A stretch of DNA of 64,000 nucleotides. Origin: Candidatus Latescibacterota bacterium (GTDB lineage Bacteria; Latescibacterota; UBA2968; GCA-2709665). Position numbers and translations under genes: made by a program. The notes below the pieces were generated by a model, which searched no databases, had not been told where the DNA came from, and worked only from the letters and a program-made list of their open reading frames with translations. Shown piece after piece: positions 60,580 through 64,000 of the stretch (position 1 is the first letter of the stretch; each line of letters begins with the position of its first letter). The DNA lies in NCBI GenBank assembly GCA_965219995.1, contig CBDCOX010000002.1, forward strand, positions 1,536,001 to 1,600,000, in the 5' to 3' direction.

Positions 60580-60661
60580 TGCTAACCCGCCCGGCTCTAT
60601 TGGCCGGGCTGCCCGCGGGACCAGGGCGAGAATGGGCCGCAGCGGCAACAAGCTGTTACAC
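60580..60661 (-). mobile_element. Degenerate attC-like site
   Basis: Minus strand GTGTAAC-agctt-GTTGCCGCtgcgg ... GTTAGCA; right half poorly paired. Confidence 0.5.
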
Positions 60662-60696
60662 GATTATGATTCACAACCGACACCGGATGGTGCCAT

Positions 60697-61464
60697 TCAA
60701 GTCGGCCTTTCCTTTTGCGCTTCGATCAGGAATTTCCTTGCCGTAAACGTCAACTCATCGCCGCCATCAAGTCGATGTTGCAGGCTTAACAGGTGCTGCA
60801 TGTGGGTTTCGACTGAAAACCCGGGTACCAGCCAGGGAACAGCCTTCAAGTAATAGACCACGGCGCCCACGTCGGCGAAAGCCAGCCGGCCAGACCATTC
60901 TTCGGCAGTGAAAATGGTCAGGCCCGTCGTTCTCAATTGAGTCACAACCCTTTCAAGTGTGGATCCGGGCCATTGCGGTTTAACGTCAAACGCTGCCAGT
61001 AAGTCACAGGCCCATAACCCGTGAACCTGCTGTGTCAGGAACGTGCCGCCAGTCGTGAGAATACGGGCAACTTCATTAGGGTTGAATGCAGAGTGGCGAT
61101 TTAGAACAAGATCAAACTCGCTATCGGGAAAAGGCATCGGATCGCAATCAGTCAATCGAACATCTGCAACTTTCGCTCCCAACGGAACGAGACGATTTGT
61201 TGCCAACTTGAGGTGAGGTGCATATTCCTCCTTCGCCACAACCTCTTCAGGCCAGAATTCCTGTAAGTTCAGGAACCGCTCACCACCACCTGTACCCAGG
61301 TCAATGACAGATGAACAACGACGCAAGAGCTCGGCAGCCCGTAAAGAATAAGACCATGGCGTCTTCTCTTCGAACATCCTGCCATCCAGCCAGGAAAAGT
61401 CCCATCCCGAGAAAGGCTGTTCTTCTTCACCCTTCCACGTATCAACAAGCTTGTCCAAGCCCAT
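60697..61464 (-). CDS. Class I SAM-dependent methyltransferase
   Basis: FSGWDFS, IDLGTGGGE, FDLVLNRH. Confidence 0.88.
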   Translation of the reverse strand: MGLDKLVDTWKGEEEQPFSGWDFSWLDGRMFEEKTPWSYSLRAAELLRRCSSVIDLGTGGGERFLNLQEFWPEEVVAKEEYAPHLKLATNRLVPLGAKVADVRLTDCDPMPFPDSEFDLVLNRHSAFNPNEVARILTTGGTFLTQQVHGLWACDLLAAFDVKPQWPGSTLERVVTQLRTTGLTIFTAEEWSGRLAFADVGAVVYYLKAVPWLVPGFSVETHMQHLLSLQHRLDGGDELTFTARKFLIEAQKERPT

Positions 61465-61495
61465 ATTGCACGCTATCCGTGAACATCGAAGGCCA

Positions 61496-61595
61496 AATTA
61501 TCGTTCAGGCACTCGTTTTACGTGTTGTGCATTCCCGCAGCCGCGAATCGATTAGGCGAGGGGAATGCCCGAAGTAGAAAACGCTGCTGTTACGC
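61496..61595 (-). mobile_element. attC-like site
   Basis: Minus strand GCGTAAC-agcag-CGTTTTctAC..gcattccc ... gggaatgc..GTAAAACG-11 nt-GATAATT; R' assignment uncertain. Confidence 0.6.
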
Positions 61596-61678
61596 CACGT
61601 GGAAAAATCGAAAACATAGCCCACTCCGGTGATTCGCTTTCTTGAGGTGGCGACTTTGTTGGCAGTGTTTCACATCAC

Positions 61679-62433
61679 TCATCCAGGTCTGGTTGGTAAC
61701 TTATCTGCCATGTCCGATATCACGCTGATGCAGAGCCCCATAAGATCCTGAGCGCTTTCCACATCATACCGAGCCTCCGGATGTTGAGTTGGGTTCCGGT
61801 ATTCCACCCTCACTAGGTCGAGCGTGTCCAAAAGGTTCGCTGGAGGCTTGTTCCGTGACTTAGACCTTAGCGCGTAAACCATTGCCCCCACGTTGGATTC
61901 TCAAGGCGATTCCGTCGGATGTGGAGCCGGTAGTAGGTTCGCAATACATCCTCGGTCGCCCGGAGCCAGTGAAACGCAGCAGCAGTGCCTTCACCAAAGA
62001 GGACGCATCGACCAGCACTCCCGATATCGAATTGGGCTAGGTCAGGCAGCTTCTGAAAGACGCTGTCGCGAAAGAACTTGGCCGGCTCGTTGAGTAGCCA
62101 GGTGGTGTTATATCTTCGTTCTGGCAATATGTAGATGGACTTCGTTCTGGACTCAGCGAAGATGATCTGTTCAAGGATCGCGATGTTCGCAACAATGTCC
62201 TTGGCTCTGGGCCCGAGCAACTCAGTTGGTTCGCACTCGGAAAGCTCTGTCTTGATAGCAATTAGCTTGGCCATTCCACTGATTGACACGGTGAGGCCAG
62301 CGCCCACGATCTGTCGCTCAAGAGCTGTGATGTTCCGAACCGCATAGTCGATGTCGTTGGACGCACTGGTATGGCGAAGGTGCCTAATCAATAGACCCAC
62401 ATGAATCAGTGAGTAACTGTTTCTTGATTCCAT
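61679..62433 (-). pseudogene. HEPN-like protein, frameshifted in a G run
   Basis: ORFs 61867-62505 and 61679-61891 join at PTWG/GAMV if one G is added; distal part has RNPTQH (R-x4-H). Confidence 0.7.
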
Positions 62434-62497
62434 GTAATCCTCACGCTTTACGCTGGATCGGTTAAGAACGAAAACGGTGTTAAAAGAAGATCGATCG

Positions 62498-63439
62498 CTA
62501 TTCAAGACTCTCGATGTGAGGCTTTAGCGAAGAGACGAAGTTGCCCATTGCTGTAATCATGACATCCTGTATGTGAGGCCAATTGTCTTCTTCAGATTTC
62601 AGCCCGCCTTCTTCAATGACATGTCTTACCCTCGAAGCTCTTCGCTGATCCAGCCGCTCCCATTGAAGCTCCCGTCCAAACCGCTTTTCAATTTGCTCGC
62701 GCTTTGCCGCCAGCGAATCGAAGTGTCGCTTGTTCTTCTCGCCGTCGCCGGTGTCGATATAGAGTTCAACAGCTGTCCTGTGCTTTAGCCAGACCACATA
62801 ATTGAAGGAAAGACCTGACTTGCCTGCCCCGGCGCCGATCCAATGTTCTTTAGTGGGCGATCTAGAACTGTGGATGGCAACGCCATGGCTCTTGGCACGT
62901 TCCAGCAACTGTTGCCAGAATCTGATTCTAAGATGATGTCGCTCTGCAAGATCCTTCTTGGATTGACCGATGGACGTTGGCTCCTCACTAGGTCCAACAA
63001 TCACGGTGAAGAGCGGCGCGGGGTCTGAATTCCCAATCTGAAAGGCTGTCAGCTTCACCAAATAGAATGCTGTATCGGGTGGAGTCGACTCGTTCAACCA
63101 GGCGATTGCTCTTGCATGTTCTGGTCGAGCGTGACTGGTGATCCAGACCGCGGTTTTCGCATTTATATTTGAAAGATAAGTAAGAACTTGCCCAAGGTGC
63201 TTGTGATCCGTCTGTTCAATTTGGTTTTCGATCACAACCACCTCACCGCTACCATCCTCGGCAACCAGATCGATCTCGAAATCCCCCGCAGATTTCTCTT
63301 TCTGGACTTCGGCAAGTCTGATGTCGAGCTTATCAGCCAGTACTTCGATGTTTTGCTCTAGCCACTGGGAGAAACCTCGTTCTTCATTCTCCCACACTTT
63401 CCGTAGCGGCACCTCATCCAAATTTCCAATACGTGTCAT
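62498..63439 (-). CDS. DUF4268 domain protein with N-terminal PD-(D/E)XK (NucS-like) nuclease domain
   Basis: W..E...FS.WL, IDLVAED, VIENQ, DHKHLGQVLTY, FWQQL, AVELYID, LQWERL. Confidence 0.85.
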   Translation of the reverse strand: MTRIGNLDEVPLRKVWENEERGFSQWLEQNIEVLADKLDIRLAEVQKEKSAGDFEIDLVAEDGSGEVVVIENQIEQTDHKHLGQVLTYLSNINAKTAVWITSHARPEHARAIAWLNESTPPDTAFYLVKLTAFQIGNSDPAPLFTVIVGPSEEPTSIGQSKKDLAERHHLRIRFWQQLLERAKSHGVAIHSSRSPTKEHWIGAGAGKSGLSFNYVVWLKHRTAVELYIDTGDGEKNKRHFDSLAAKREQIEKRFGRELQWERLDQRRASRVRHVIEEGGLKSEEDNWPHIQDVMITAMGNFVSSLKPHIESLE

Positions 63440-64000
63440 CTGTTGAAGCTCCCCCCTTGTAGTTTGGATTACGTAACCTCAGACTTTGTCGTGATTCTTC
63501 GGTCACTTCGATATGGCCAACTAGAACACGGCAAGAATGCGGAAGTTCTCTAACAATTCAGGCCTACCCTATATATACCCATCGTATCGCGTAAAAGGAC
63601 GGTACGCCGTCCGCGTTCAATGAAAGCTTCCACAAGTTCACCGCCATTCGGTGTAGAAATGCCGGGGAAGGCGTCCAAAACACGGCGACAACATTAATCA
63701 TTTCCGCCGATCGTTACATCGTTCGTGCCCTGCACCCAGCCCTGTACCAACGGCAGTTTCATACGAGCCATCGGGGCGGCGTCGGTAGTGTCACGGATCG
63801 CCCCAGTCAGGCCACCCATGATCGGCATAATGGAGCCACCTGGCCTACTGTTCGTCCAGCAGTGCGTACAGGGTTGAATTCCATCCGCCAATCGTACCGA
63901 GCCGACCATTGTCTCAATTGGAGTTCGACTCAATCAATGTCCCGGATCGTTGCGGAAGCAGTGGACACTTTCTTGAGTACCTCAGTTAGCTCCAACGCGT

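Noticed and set aside
63694-63933. Terminal ORF as integrase or fragment
   Set aside because: No tyrosine recombinase motifs; short and unassignable.
1-64000. CRISPR array, rRNA or tRNA
   Set aside because: No regularly spaced identical repeats with unique spacers and no recognisable structural RNA gene; repeats present are palindromic REP/MITE types.

Overview
High-GC bacterial accessory region with no rRNA, tRNA, CRISPR, integrase or transposase that I can recognise. From 7695 to 63439 about 60 short, functionally unrelated genes all lie on the minus strand: GNAT, NUDIX, VOC, SAM methyltransferase, APH-like kinase, nucleotidyltransferase, HAD, ankyrin, TA remnants and a nuclease/HEPN pair. 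The right quarter (49.6-61.6 kb) holds six integron attC-like hairpins plus one half-site, and several genes there have complementary R'/R'' cassette ends. I read the window as part of a very large integron-type cassette array whose attC sites decay leftwards, where intergenic space is instead filled by several REP families and a 225-290 bp MITE-like element (5 copies). The most unusual signal is a transglutaminase-like cassette with a non-canonical GAT/ATC core instead of GTT/AAC, present twice behind two different attC sites. Products are assigned from motifs by eye; no database search was run.
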